DNA of 64,000 nt from Mytilus californianus (taxonomy: Eukaryota): NCBI RefSeq assembly GCF_021869535.1, contig NW_026262712.1, forward strand, positions 9,176,001-9,240,000, read 5' to 3'. Below the pieces are notes generated by a model. The model was given only the letters and a program-made list of their open reading frames with translations, searched no databases and was not told the DNA's origin. The translations under genes were made by a program, and so were the position numbers. Of the stretch, positions 53,221 to 64,000 are shown in pieces (positions within the stretch are counted from its first letter, which is position 1; each line of letters begins with the position of its first letter).

Positions 53221-53704
53221 AAAAAAACAAATCATATGAAATAAAGGGCAGGTCCCCTTGGAAAATTAATCAGTTTGTGTGTGTTATATTTGAACATAGA
53301 TTAAATATATATAGGGTTCTTTCAAGTGCTGAATCTGATCTTGTTTTTAATTAGATAATAATCTATTTTTATTATGAGATAAAGTTTTTGACATTGATAG
53401 ATAAGTTGCAGATCTGTATTATTTTTTTACAGATGAAAGAAACAATATTAGCAACTATTAATTAAATTTGATTATAATATGGAGATAGATATAACATCAT
53501 ATCTGATTTTAGAGAAGTATTTTGCTGGTTTTTTACTGGTTTATGGAAATAAGTTTGAGTTATTTGTTTTGAAAAGTGATGTGTTTAATTGATAGATATA
53601 AAATCATATCTAATTTTAGAGATTTATGAGTGGTTAAGTCACATCTAAATTTAGAGAATTATTTTGGTGTTTTGTTACTGGTTCATGGAAATAAATTTGA
53701 GTTT

Positions 53705-54069
53705 TATCTTGTAAACGGTCGAGATCCCCACCCCTAAACCATATATATTCTTGTATGGGACAATAAAACAAATCAAACGAAATATTGGGGGAGTCCCCGG
53801 GACCACCCCCACCCCCTTCTTTTTGAAAACTTGTAAACGGTCAAGATCCCCACCCTGAAACCATATATATTCTTGTATGGGACGATAAAACAAATCAAAT
53901 GAAATATAAGGCGAGTCCCTTGGGGTCACCCCCACCCCATCCTGTTTGAGAACTTGTAAACGGTCAAGATCCCCACCCCTAAACCATATATATTCTTGTA
54001 TGGGACAATAAAACAAATCAAATGAAATATTGGGGGAGTCCCCGGGACCACACCCACCCCCTTCTTTTT
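53705..54069 (+). repeat. Satellite S, three further units
   Basis: Same ~120-bp unit. It ends at the T-run where E5 is inserted. Confidence 0.8.
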
Positions 54070-56291
54070 ATACGACCGCAAAAATTTTTGCGGTCGTATA
54101 TTGGTATGACGTCGGCATCGTCGTCGTCGTCCGAAGACACATTGGTTTTCGCACTCTAACTTAAGTTTAAGTAAATGGTTCTCTATGAAATTTTACCATA
54201 AGGTTCAATACCACAAAAGGAAGGCTGGGATTGATTTTGGGGGTTATGGTACCAACAGTTAAGGAATTAGGGGGCCAAAAATAAGCATTTTTGTAACTTC
54301 CAGACATAACTTGTGTGTTAGTGTATGGATCTCTCTGACATTGTACCAAAAGGTTCCATATCACAAAGGGAATGTTGGGATTGATTTTAGGGGTAATTGC
54401 CTCAAAATATTAGGAATTAGGGGCCAAAAAAGGGGCAAAAAACAAGCATTTTTCTAGTTTCATGACAATAACTTGTGTGTAAGTGTATGGATCTTTCTGA
54501 AATTGTACTACAAGGTTCCATATCACAAAGGGAAAGCTGGAATTGAGTTTGGGGGTAATTGCCCAAAATGTTGAGGAATAAGGGGCCAAAAAGGGGCAAA
54601 AAATAAGCATTTTTTCTAGTTTCCAGACAATAACTTGTGTTCAATTGTATGGATCTCTCTGAAATTGTACCACAAGGTTCCATATCACACAGGGAATGCT
54701 GGGATTGATTTTGGGGGTAATTGCCTCGAAATTTTAGGAATTAGGGGCCAAAAAAGGGGCAAACAACAAGCATTTTTCTAGTTTCATGACAATAACTTGT
54801 GTGTTAGTGTTTGGATATTTCTGAAATTGTACTACAAGGTTCCATATCACAAAGGGAAAACTGGAATTGAGTTTGGGGGTAATTGATCTAAACGTTTAGG
54901 AATTGGGGGCCAAAAAGGGGCCAAAAAACACATTTTTCTAGTTTCCAGACAATAACTTGTGTTCAAGTGTATGGATCTCTCTGAAATTGTACTGCAAGGT
55001 ACCATACCACAAAGGGTAGGCTGGGATTGAGTTTGGGGGTGATGAATCATAAGGGGGTTAAAAAAATTGGGTTTTTTTTTGTTTTTTTTTTTCCTTTTTT
55101 TTTCTTTTAAAATTTTCCATTTTAAGTTGGTTATTTCTGATTTATATTTAAAAGCAAATAATAATGATATGGTAGGAGATACACACCAAACAGGATGTGT
55201 TAATTATTATATAATAAGTATTGTGCAATAGCAAGAAATTTTCAATTGCACAGTATTGCACAATAGCAAGAAATCTTCAATTGCACAGTATTGTGCAATA
55301 GCAAGAAATCTTCAATTGCACAGTATTGTGCAATAGCAAGAATCCAATAGCACAATATTGCGCAATAGCAAGAAATTGTCAATTGTGCAGTATTGCGCAA
55401 TTGCAAGATATATTCAATTGCACAGTATTGTGCAAAAGAAGATACTTCGTATAAATTGCTTATTTCTTGACCAATTTCAATGGGGTTTTATTCTTGAATT
55501 CTTGGGGTTCTTTAATATGCTGAATCTAACCGTGTATTAAGTTTTTGGATTTTGGGCCCTGTTTTTAAATTGGTCCACATTGAGGTCCAAAGGGTCCAAA
55601 ATTAAACTTTGTTTGATTTCATCAAAAATTGAATTATTGGGGTTCTTTGATATGCCGAATCTAACCGTGTATTTAGATTCTTAATTTTTGGTTCCGTTTT
55701 CAAATTGGTCTACATTAAGGTCCAAAGGGTCCAAAATTAAACTAAGTTTGATTTTAACAAAAATTGAATTCTTAGGGTTCTTTGATATGCTGAATCTAAA
55801 CATGTATTTAGATTTTTGATTATGGGCCCAGTTTTCAAGTTGGTCCAAATCGGGGTCCAAAATTAAACTTTGTTTGATTTCAACAAAAATTGAATATATG
55901 GGGTTCTTTGATATGCTGAATCTAACCATGTATTTAGATTTTTGATTTTTGGGCCCATTATCAACTTTGTCCACATTGAGGTCAAAAGGGTCCAAAATTA
56001 AACTTTGTTTGATGTCATCAAAAATTGAATTCTTGGGGTTCTTTGATATGCTGAATCTAACCATGTATTTAGATTTTGGATATTGGACCATAATAGGTGA
56101 ATGTCCAATTTAAAATTTTTAAGTTCTTAGACCACATTCATTCTGTGTCAGAAACCTATGCTGTGTCAAATATTTAATCACAATTCAAATTCAGAGCTGT
56201 ATCAAGCTTGAATGTTGTGTCCATACTTGCCCCAACTGTTCAGGGTTCGACCTCTGTGGTCGTATCAAGCTGTGCCCTGCGGAGCATTTTA
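54070..56291 (+). mobile_element. HINE family E, copy E5 (full length)
   Basis: ATACGACCGCAAAAATTTTTGCGGTCGTATA 5' palindrome, ~160/35/130-bp arrays, 3' GCTGTGCCCTGCGGAGCATTTTA. Confidence 0.87.
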
Positions 56292-56916
56292 TTATATTTA
56301 GTTTGTAAACAGATTTACTAAGTATTGTGCAACAGCAAAGTATTGCACAACAGCAAGAAATCTTCAATAGAAAATAAATATAAATCTTTTAACCAATTTC
56401 AATGAGGATCAATTTAAAGTCTTGAATTGTTTGAGGTTGATACCATGTATTACTATATTGGATATTTGGACATTTTGAAATAGGTCTACATTGAGGTCCA
56501 AGTGTTCCAAAATTAGACTTTGTTTGACTTCATCAAAAACTGAATTCTTGTGGTTCTATGCATGATATGCTGAATCTAACTGTGCATTCAGATTTTTAAT
56601 TTTGGGCCCTGTTTTCAAATTAGTCCATATTAAAGTCCAAAGGGTCCAAAATTAAACTTTGTTCAAATTCATGGTTTTTTTTTATATGCTGAATCTAACC
56701 TTGGATATTGGATCATTAAGTAGATTAAATGCCCCATTTCAAATTTTTAAGTTATCTGACCACATTTATTCTGTGTCAGAAATCTATAATGTGTCAAATA
56801 TTTAATCACTATCAAAATTCAGAGCTGTATCAAGCTTGAATATTGTGTCCATACTTGCCCCAACTGTTCAGAGTTCGACCTCTGCAGTCGTATCCAGCTA
56901 CTCCAGGCGGAGCGTA
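56292..56916 (+). mobile_element. Diverged 3' half of an E-related HINE (E6)
   Basis: Degenerate 130-bp units and 3' module CAGAGCTGTATCAAGCTTGAATATTGTGTCC...TGCAGTCGTATCCAGCT. No 5' half. Confidence 0.7.
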
Positions 56917-57885
56917 TTTTTGTCAACATATAAGTATAATTTGGAAATTAAATCTAGTTATATGTTGGCGAACGTTTTGTAATAAAATTTTATATGAAAC
57001 AGTGTAATACATTGCTCAAGGTTGTAATTGGGTAAACATGATTTCTTTACACCAGTCATGTTTTTCACACCAATGTGTGCAATGATTTTTTGCGCTTTAG
57101 AAATCATTTGTGGAGGTTTGTGATTAAAAAATTTCCTGACACAAAGTCATTGTATTAATAAAGGATCCACTGTTTTCTAATCACTGAAATTTGTGACGTA
57201 CTGCAATTTGTGTTCTTTGACATCGCTAATTGATCGTAACCCGAATATTTTAGGCCCTTCCCATAATCAATTTCTCCTACCTGCAATGTAACTTAGCCAT
57301 CTTAGATCAACTTAATTAATCTTGTAGAACTACTAGAAGAAATATGAAAACCATGTCAATTTTTGCAATAGGAAATTTTGTATGAAATTATAAACAAAAA
57401 AATCCCGAAACTGTAAATTACAATATGTTGTTAATAAGTTTCCAATAGAGATAATCTAAAATCATTGATCTTTTGAAATATTGATCTTGTCTCCCTTTAA
57501 AATTTCAAGAGAATATATTTCACCAAATATTTTAGATATTCATTTAAAGAAAGCTTTGTAGCATGCATAGAAAAACATCTTCCATTTAAGAAGAAATAAT
57601 TCAAACAATTAAATTTGGACATTTCTTGAGCAATTCAAAAAATTATTATGTCTCATCTTACTGATTACTCTTTACAATACAGATTTTCAAAATAACAATG
57701 AAGTGGAATTAAAGTCTAGTATATATATACGTAGGATTAAAAGTATGTTTTATTGAAAATCGGCAGAAGGCCTACAAGTATTGTCCACCCCCCTTTTGAA
57801 TGGAGTTCTTCTTAGACTATTTGAAGGATTGTTTGCCATAATGCGTTAAGACCATATTATACTGCCATTTTGATTTGACTATTTT

Positions 57886-58505
57886 TGTCTCAACCATGTT
57901 ATGGAGGCAAGACCTAAGCATGCTGTAGCCGGCAGTGGTTGCTTCGACAACTTGTTGTGATGGTCAATATAAGGGCAACCACTAATTGAAAGTTAATGAT
58001 ATTTGGTTTGCAGTTGTATAGGCATTGGCACATTGCATTTCCGTTGAGATTGTTTGGCCACAAACCCCAGTCATGATCAATTGACTTTAAAAACTTTTGT
58101 CTAGTTTACATTTCAAAATTTGTGATTATGTCAGTTTTATGGGGGAACAGCTAATGGTAAGTCAATGATATTTGTTATGCAGTTGTTTTAGCATTTGCAC
58201 ATCTCATATCCATGGAGATTATTATGCCCAGTCCCCTCAGTCGTGGAACATTTACTTTGAAGCTTTTGCATATTTTACATGTAAAATTTTGTGATTAGGT
58301 CAGTTTAAGTTGAACTGCTTATGGTAAGTCAATGATATTTGATATTTAAAGTTTGTGATTTGGCTAGTTTAAGAGAAACCACTGAAAATAGGTCAATGAT
58401 ATTTGGTATGCAGTTGTATTAGCATATATAGGCATATCTCATTTGAGGGAGATTAGTTTGCCCTGCACATTCAGTCATGGTTCATTGACCTTGAATATTT
58501 GCATA
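57886..58505 (+). mobile_element. Older diverged relative of the 38617-39604 element
   Basis: Shares the GTCAATGATATTTGGTATGCAGTTGTATTAGCATT core repeats. Confidence 0.65.
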
Positions 58506-58516
58506 GGTTACTTGTT

Positions 58517-59115
58517 ATACCCCCCTGCAAACAAAGAGGGAGTATATAGGAATTACCATGTCCAACTGTTTGTCCGTCCATCTATCTGTCTGTCAGTCCG
58601 TCCTGCTTTGTGTCTGGCACATTCAAATCTTTTGAACCGTAAAACTAAGGTTTATCAAACTTGGTATGCAGTTGCATCATGGGCTGGGGTGTGTCATATC
58701 AAAAGCTAAGTCACGCTGGCTTTGACTTTGACCTTTGACCCCTATGACAGTAAAATCGTGTCTGGGGACATATCAATTGAACCCTAAAACTCAGTTAACC
58801 AAACTTGGTATGCAGTTGCATCATGGGCTGAGGGTGTTTTTATCTTTGACCCCTATGATAGTAAAACCTTGTCTAATTTATGTCTAGGTTAACTAAACTT
58901 GGTATGCAGTTGCATCATGTACTGTGGAGGAGGGGGGGGGGGGGGGGGGGGTCAGATCACTTTGACCTTTGACCCCTATGATAGTAAAACTGTGTCCTGG
59001 AAGTTGCTTTTAGCTGTAAAACTTTTGTTCATCAAACTTGATATGCATTACTGAATTTCAAAGCAGCAACTAAAATGCATGTACGGGGCTATTAGGCCCG
59101 CTTTGTGGACAGCTC
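58517..59115 (+). mobile_element. HINE/pearl-like element with GTCC/GTCT microsatellite
   Basis: ATACCCCC 5' end, GTCCGTCCATCTATCTGTCTGTCAGTCCGTCC, repeated AAACTTGGTATGCAGTTGCATCATG core, GGGGCTAT near the 3' end. Confidence 0.6.
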
Positions 59116-59347
59116 TTTATTAAAGTATCGCAATTTTAATTTCATACTTTGCATTATATTTTCAAAATAGCATACAGGCCAGACATATCTATGTGTCAGC
59201 TGTTTATTACAGGAGTAATGAGACCACAATGACCCTTGTGAATACAACTCGGACATATTTTGACTCAAAGTCTCATACTTGATAGGACTGACTGTTTGCT
59301 ATGTGTAGTTGGCCATATTGTACCTTTATTTTAATTCGATCATTTTT

Positions 59348-60272
59348 ATACGCCCGTTTACGGGACGTATTATGGTATACCGTATGTCCGTCGTCAACAT
59401 GTCGAACATTAATTCAAAAATGCTTTAACCAATATGCATGAAACTTTGGTGAATTGTTTATATCTATTGACGTGAGCTCCCTTTCGTTTTTTATAAATTT
59501 CAGATTTACCATTTCCGGGTTTTGGGGTTTTATTCATTAAAAAAGGGGGGATTTTCCAGTTTTCGGACAATAACTCAAAAAAATTTCACCAATTTGCATG
59601 AAACTTTTGTGAATTGTTCATATCTATTGACGTGAGCTCTCTTTCATTTTTTATAAATTTCTGAGTTACCGTTACCGAGTTTTGGGGTTTTATTCATTAA
59701 AAAAGGGGGGATGTTCCAGTTTTCAGACAATAACTCAAAAACAATTTCACCAATTTGCAAGAAACTTTGGTGAATTGTTTATTTCTATTGACATGAGCTC
59801 CCTTTTGATTTTTATAAATTTCAGACTATATGTTTCCCATTTATGGGGTTTTATTCATTACAAAAAGGGGGATTTTCCAGTTTTCGGACAATAACTCAAA
59901 AATGCTTTCATCATTTTTTATGAAACTTTGGTAAATTGATTATATCTATTTTTTTAAGCTCCCTTTTGATTTTTATAAATTTTCGATTTTACGTTTCCGA
60001 GTTATAAGATTTTATTTGTTTATAGTCTGACAACAGATTTACTAAGTATTGCGCAACAGCACAGTGTATTGCACAACAGCAAGAAATCTTTCATATAACC
60101 AATTTCATGTTCTTTGACTACATTTATTCAGAAACCTATAATATATCAAATATTAAATTACAATCCAAATTCAGACCTGTATCAAGCTTGAATATTGTGT
60201 CCATTTTTGCCCCAACTGTTCAGGGTTGGACCTCTGCGGGCATATCCAGCTGCACTCAGCAAAGCAGTTTAT
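59348..60272 (+). mobile_element. HINE with variant subTIR, ~150-bp core and E-type 3' module
   Basis: ATACGCCCG at the 5' end and CGGGCATAT at the 3' end. It splits a host repeat at ATTCGATCATTTTT|...|GAGTTATGGGACTTT; an intact version of that repeat is at ~60428-60460. Confidence 0.75.
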
Positions 60273-61321
60273 TACTTGAGTTATGGGACTTTAACCTTTT
60301 TTTTGCACTATTGTACCACAATGACCCTTGTGAACTCAACTCTTTTGAGACTGTTTGACAGAAAAATCTCATACTTAGGATTGTTTGCCTTGATGTGTAG
60401 TTGAAAATATTGTACTGTCATTTTTTGATTCGACCATTTTTATAGGAGTTATGGGACTTTGATCATAATTTACATGCAGCAGGGCCCTCTGTGATGGCTG
60501 GCATCACTTTCCTTTAGTTACTGTTAACATAAAGATCACTCTCATTGTGACTTAAATCACTTTAAGTAAAAGGTCAAACTAAATATTGAATATGTTAGCA
60601 GTGATGAACACAAGACTTTTCTGTCAGAATTCCCTTTACTTTGTTTTCAATATCTATAAAAATGGACCTGGATGAAACCAGGGCCCAAATGGAAAAGAAC
60701 ATGTGTTATAATCTATTTATCACATATTATACAAATGCTTAAAAAAAGTACGAAGAATTTTATTGTTCTGTCTAGGAAGATCATACATTTTTTATCCTCC
60801 ATTGAAATAACTTTATTATAACGAAGTTATTTTCAAAACTATAGTCCTTGAATATTAAAATGTCAATGTCAGATTTTTCTTTATTTCTTTAACAAATACC
60901 GCTGTCTTTTTAATTGACATTCCCCATCCTTCATTGTTATTAGGAATGTTTATGACGTCATAACAGGGCACAATAACCGGTTATTTGCCCTGGTCAGGAA
61001 TATGACAAGGGCAAATCTGCAGGTATTGCATATGCAAAACCCTATGTTTCTTAACAAATATGTGATAAAACAGTTCATTGCAGAAAAGGTTTGGAGGAAA
61101 CTGTGGTTAAGAATATTATATTTTATAAAGATAAACTATGCAAAGTATTTGCATTTTAATCACAATAATTCTAACTGAAAAGCAACTATTTGTTTGACTC
61201 TTAACTGTTATCTTTAATGTCAGGCTTTAGTTAACAAAATTTCTGTTCAATAAAACAACTGTTGTCCTCAAACCAAGTAAATAACTGTATAATAATATTT
61301 CATTATGTTATATATGTACAG

Positions 61322-61461
61322 TTGATTAAACAGAAGAGAGAGGAAGAGGGATCGTCTCAGTCATACTCAATGATGTCATCACAGATGCCTGTTATGTGCC
61401 GTTATGGTAGGGCATGTACAAGGAAAGGCTGCCGATTTAGACACGAGACTGACTTGAAGAG
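61322..61461 (+). CDS. Coding exon with a CCCH zinc finger (phase 0 to 2)
   Basis: LIKQKREEEGSSQSYSMMSSQMPVMCRYGRACTRKGCRFRHETDLK (C-x5-C-x4-C-x3-H). TACAG acceptor, GTATGT donor. Confidence 0.7.
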
Positions 61462-61590
61462 GTATGTGATGAAGTCACTGTATGTTTATGATGAATAAAA
61501 AGAGATGTAGGGTATATATCAATTAGACAGCAACCCAATGACACAAGTAACCAAACTTCATCTAGAGGTCAACATACAAGTCTACAACAA

Positions 61591-63388
61591 AAATAAAGGC
61601 AACAGTAGTATACCGCTGTTCGAAAACTCATAAATCGATAGAGATAAAAGCAAATCCGGGTTACAAACTCAAACTGAGGGAAACGCATCAAATATAAGAG
61701 GAGAACAACGATACAACAAAAACACAACATTAAAATGTAACACACACAGAAACGAACTATAATATAACAATGGCCATTTTCCTGACTTGGTACAGGACAT
61801 TTTAAGAAAAAAATGGTGGGTTGAACCTGGTTTTGTGGCATGCCAAACCTCCCGCTTTTATGGCAACGTCAAACACAACACCAAAACGACAACATCACAT
61901 GACAGGACCACAATACAAATAAATGGGAGAACATATAGGACAAAGAAACACACGAATAATAGCTAACAAAAGGTACTAGGCTTAAAATTCAAAACATCAG
62001 ACATGCGTCTCGTCCACACAAGACCAACCAGTGACGCTCAGATGAAAAAAGTTTGAAAGCCAAAACAAATACAAAGCTGAAGAGCACCGAGGACCAAAAC
62101 TTCCAAAAAGTAGCGCCTAACACGGCCAGGATTTTCTGCCTGGGACAAGAACATCCTTATTATTTAGAATAATTTATAATTTTGCAAACGGTAAATTTTA
62201 TAAAATGACTATATAATAGATATACATGATAAAACCAAAGTGGGGACTAACTACAGAATAAAAATGGATACATTACATAAAACAACTTAATCAAACACAT
62301 AAAAAAATACACAGCCGAGTTGGCCAACGCCTCAACGCACAAAGTGAGGTCACATTTGAAATTCTTAAAAAACACACAGAGTGACGTCACATTTGAATTT
62401 GTAAAAATATTTCCCAAAAATAAGATAGGATTAGGATTGATTAAAGATTAGATTTGTAATACTGACATTACATTTATTAATAACAATGAAAATTACAATA
62501 CTTATTAATATCAAATGGTAGTAAATAGATAATTAATTGTATTATCTAGCTATGTCAGTGTTTCTTCTGAATCAAACTGTAAACCAAATATATCGTATAA
62601 ATTTCGTTGAACCAAACTAAAATTTATAAATGAAGGGGGTGTTTAATTATCTTTACCATAACACACGAATATAACAGAAAAGACGTTAAGACATTTGACA
62701 AAATCCGACGAGAACAACAAATATAACATCAAAATTAAATACATGAATTTGGGATAGAAAGGTACTGTGACACGTCTTATAGCAATGCGGTTTCACACTC
62801 AGCAAAACAGTCACAATCGGGAATAAGTCACATTCGGTAATTAAAAGATCAGACGACGTAATGACAAACCACAATCTAACACGTGGTAAAAATGTCCTTA
62901 GTTAGTTTGGACAAAGACACATCGTATGGATCAACCAATTGGTGATGGTGTCCGTAATATTTACGGAGTGTCATTTTTAATCTGTCCTCCTCATAACTTT
63001 GTTGGAGCAGTTTCTGCGTAAGGAGCACACTCCTGTATATGAAGTCCGTGTAGTGTGAACAAGCACGAGAATAACGTATCAATTGAGATATGTAAACACC
63101 ATACGAAGGGGCAGAGGGTATGTTACTGCTGAGAAATGGGAAATTGATAATTGGGAAGTTGAAATCGTCCCGTTTATCATAGATTTTCGTGTGAAGTCGT
63201 CCATCTGTGTCAATATTGAGGAAAAGATCAAGATATGAAGCAGTCCTTCTAGTATCAGTAGTATCCTTAATTTCAAGTTCACTGGGATATATGAGATGTA
63301 AGTATTGGCTGAAATATGGGTTATTCAATGATAGAACATCATCAATATATTGGAAAGTAAAATTAAAGAATTTTGCAAGGTGCTTTTT
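61591..63388 (-). mobile_element. 5'-truncated Penelope-like retroelement (RT C-terminus plus long 3' region)
   Basis: The frame upstream of ORF 62876..63328 reads KHLAKFFNFTFQYIDDVLSLNN (YIDD motif). It continues with YLDL, YDKRDDFNFPIINFPFLSSNIP and YGVYISQLIRYSRAC, typical of PLE RTs. Confidence 0.8.
61990..62045 (-). ncRNA. Degenerate type I hammerhead ribozyme-like motif (probably inactive)
   Basis: The minus strand reads GAGCGTCA-CTGGTTG-GTCT-TGTGT-GGAC-GAGAC-GCAT-GTCTG-ATGT. This has hammerhead spacing and stem II, but the CUGANGA and GAAA cores are mutated. Confidence 0.4.
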
Positions 63389-64000
63389 AAGTCTCCCAAA
63401 CGAAGTTTGGGAAGACTTATTGTTTTTGCTCAGTTCTTATTATTATTATTCTTCTTCTTCTTCTTCTTCTTCTTCTTCTTCTTCTTCTTCTTCTTCCGCC
63501 ACTTTAAAATCAGGGTTTTGTTTGTGCAATGGGGTTTATAAAGGGGTACTTTGAGGGGCAAAAAGAAAAGAGGGTTTTACTATAGAACCCTATGGGATTT
63601 TATTTTTTTAAATTTTCAAATGATTATAAATTGAAAACCGTTTGTGATAGACACAATCTTTTTAATTGAAAATGTTCTAAATGATAAAGCCCATTAAATG
63701 AAATACAGGGTTAGTCCCAAGGGTCACCCCCACCCCCTGCCATTTAAGAAAGTTCTAATACCTTGTAAGTGGTCAAGATCCCCACCCCTAAACCATATAT
63801 ATTTTGGTTTGTTATGCTAAGATGGTTTGAATGATATACAGGGTTAGTCCCCAGGGGTCACCCCGAGCCCCTGCCATTTGAGAAAGTTCTAATATCGTGT
63901 AAATGGTCGAGATCCCCACCCCTAAACCATATATATTCTAGTTTGTCATGACAAAGCACATCAAATGAAATACAGGGTTAGTCCCCAGGGGTCACCCCCA
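63389..64000 (+). mobile_element. 5' part of a HINE-like element with (TTA)n(CTT)n microsatellite and S-like core repeats, truncating the PLE
   Basis: AAGTCTCCCAAAC-GAA-GTTTGGGAAGACTT palindrome after a T-run, microsatellite at 63437-63496, S-related ~145-bp units from ~63700. Confidence 0.65.

Noticed and set aside
53433-53465. Strong acceptor TTTTTTTACAG followed by ATG as a missing host exon
   Set aside because: All three frames hit a stop within 11 codons.
60983-61027. 14-bp-stem hairpin overlapping a possible 25-nt micro-exon (CAG|GAATATGAC...GCAG|GTATTG)
   Set aside because: The polypyrimidine tract is weak, the phase (0 to 1) does not bridge the gap, and it is more likely part of a repeat.
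63207-63554. ORFs with poly-S/poly-F tracts
   Set aside because: They are produced by the (CTT)n microsatellite and are antisense to the RT fragment.

Overview
AT-rich eukaryotic genomic DNA with spliceosomal introns. The repeat families suggest a bivalve mollusc, probably Mytilus-like; this comes from recall, not a search. (1) 1-38314 is a head-to-tail macrosatellite of 12 complete units plus a partial one (about 3.18 kb type A, about 2.64 kb type B). Each unit is a disabled copy of one roughly 880-codon purine-rich exon (two C2H2 fingers plus several peptide-repeat blocks). The array ends exactly at a GT splice donor (38315) and the unit junction is in frame. (2) 38315-64000 is intron-like DNA packed with nested non-autonomous Helentron/HINE-like elements, MITEs, satellites and a Penelope-like RT fragment. 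It also holds one acidic exon (40091-40199), four ADAM10/Kuzbanian-like exons (47894-51864) and a CCCH-finger exon (61322-61461). The main result is that the ADAM10 exons lie in a 9.9-kb block (42741-52675) bounded by the 5' end of one HINE and the 3' end of a sibling. This block splits a host repeat at one T-run, so it looks like a composite rolling-circle transposon that captured a gene fragment.
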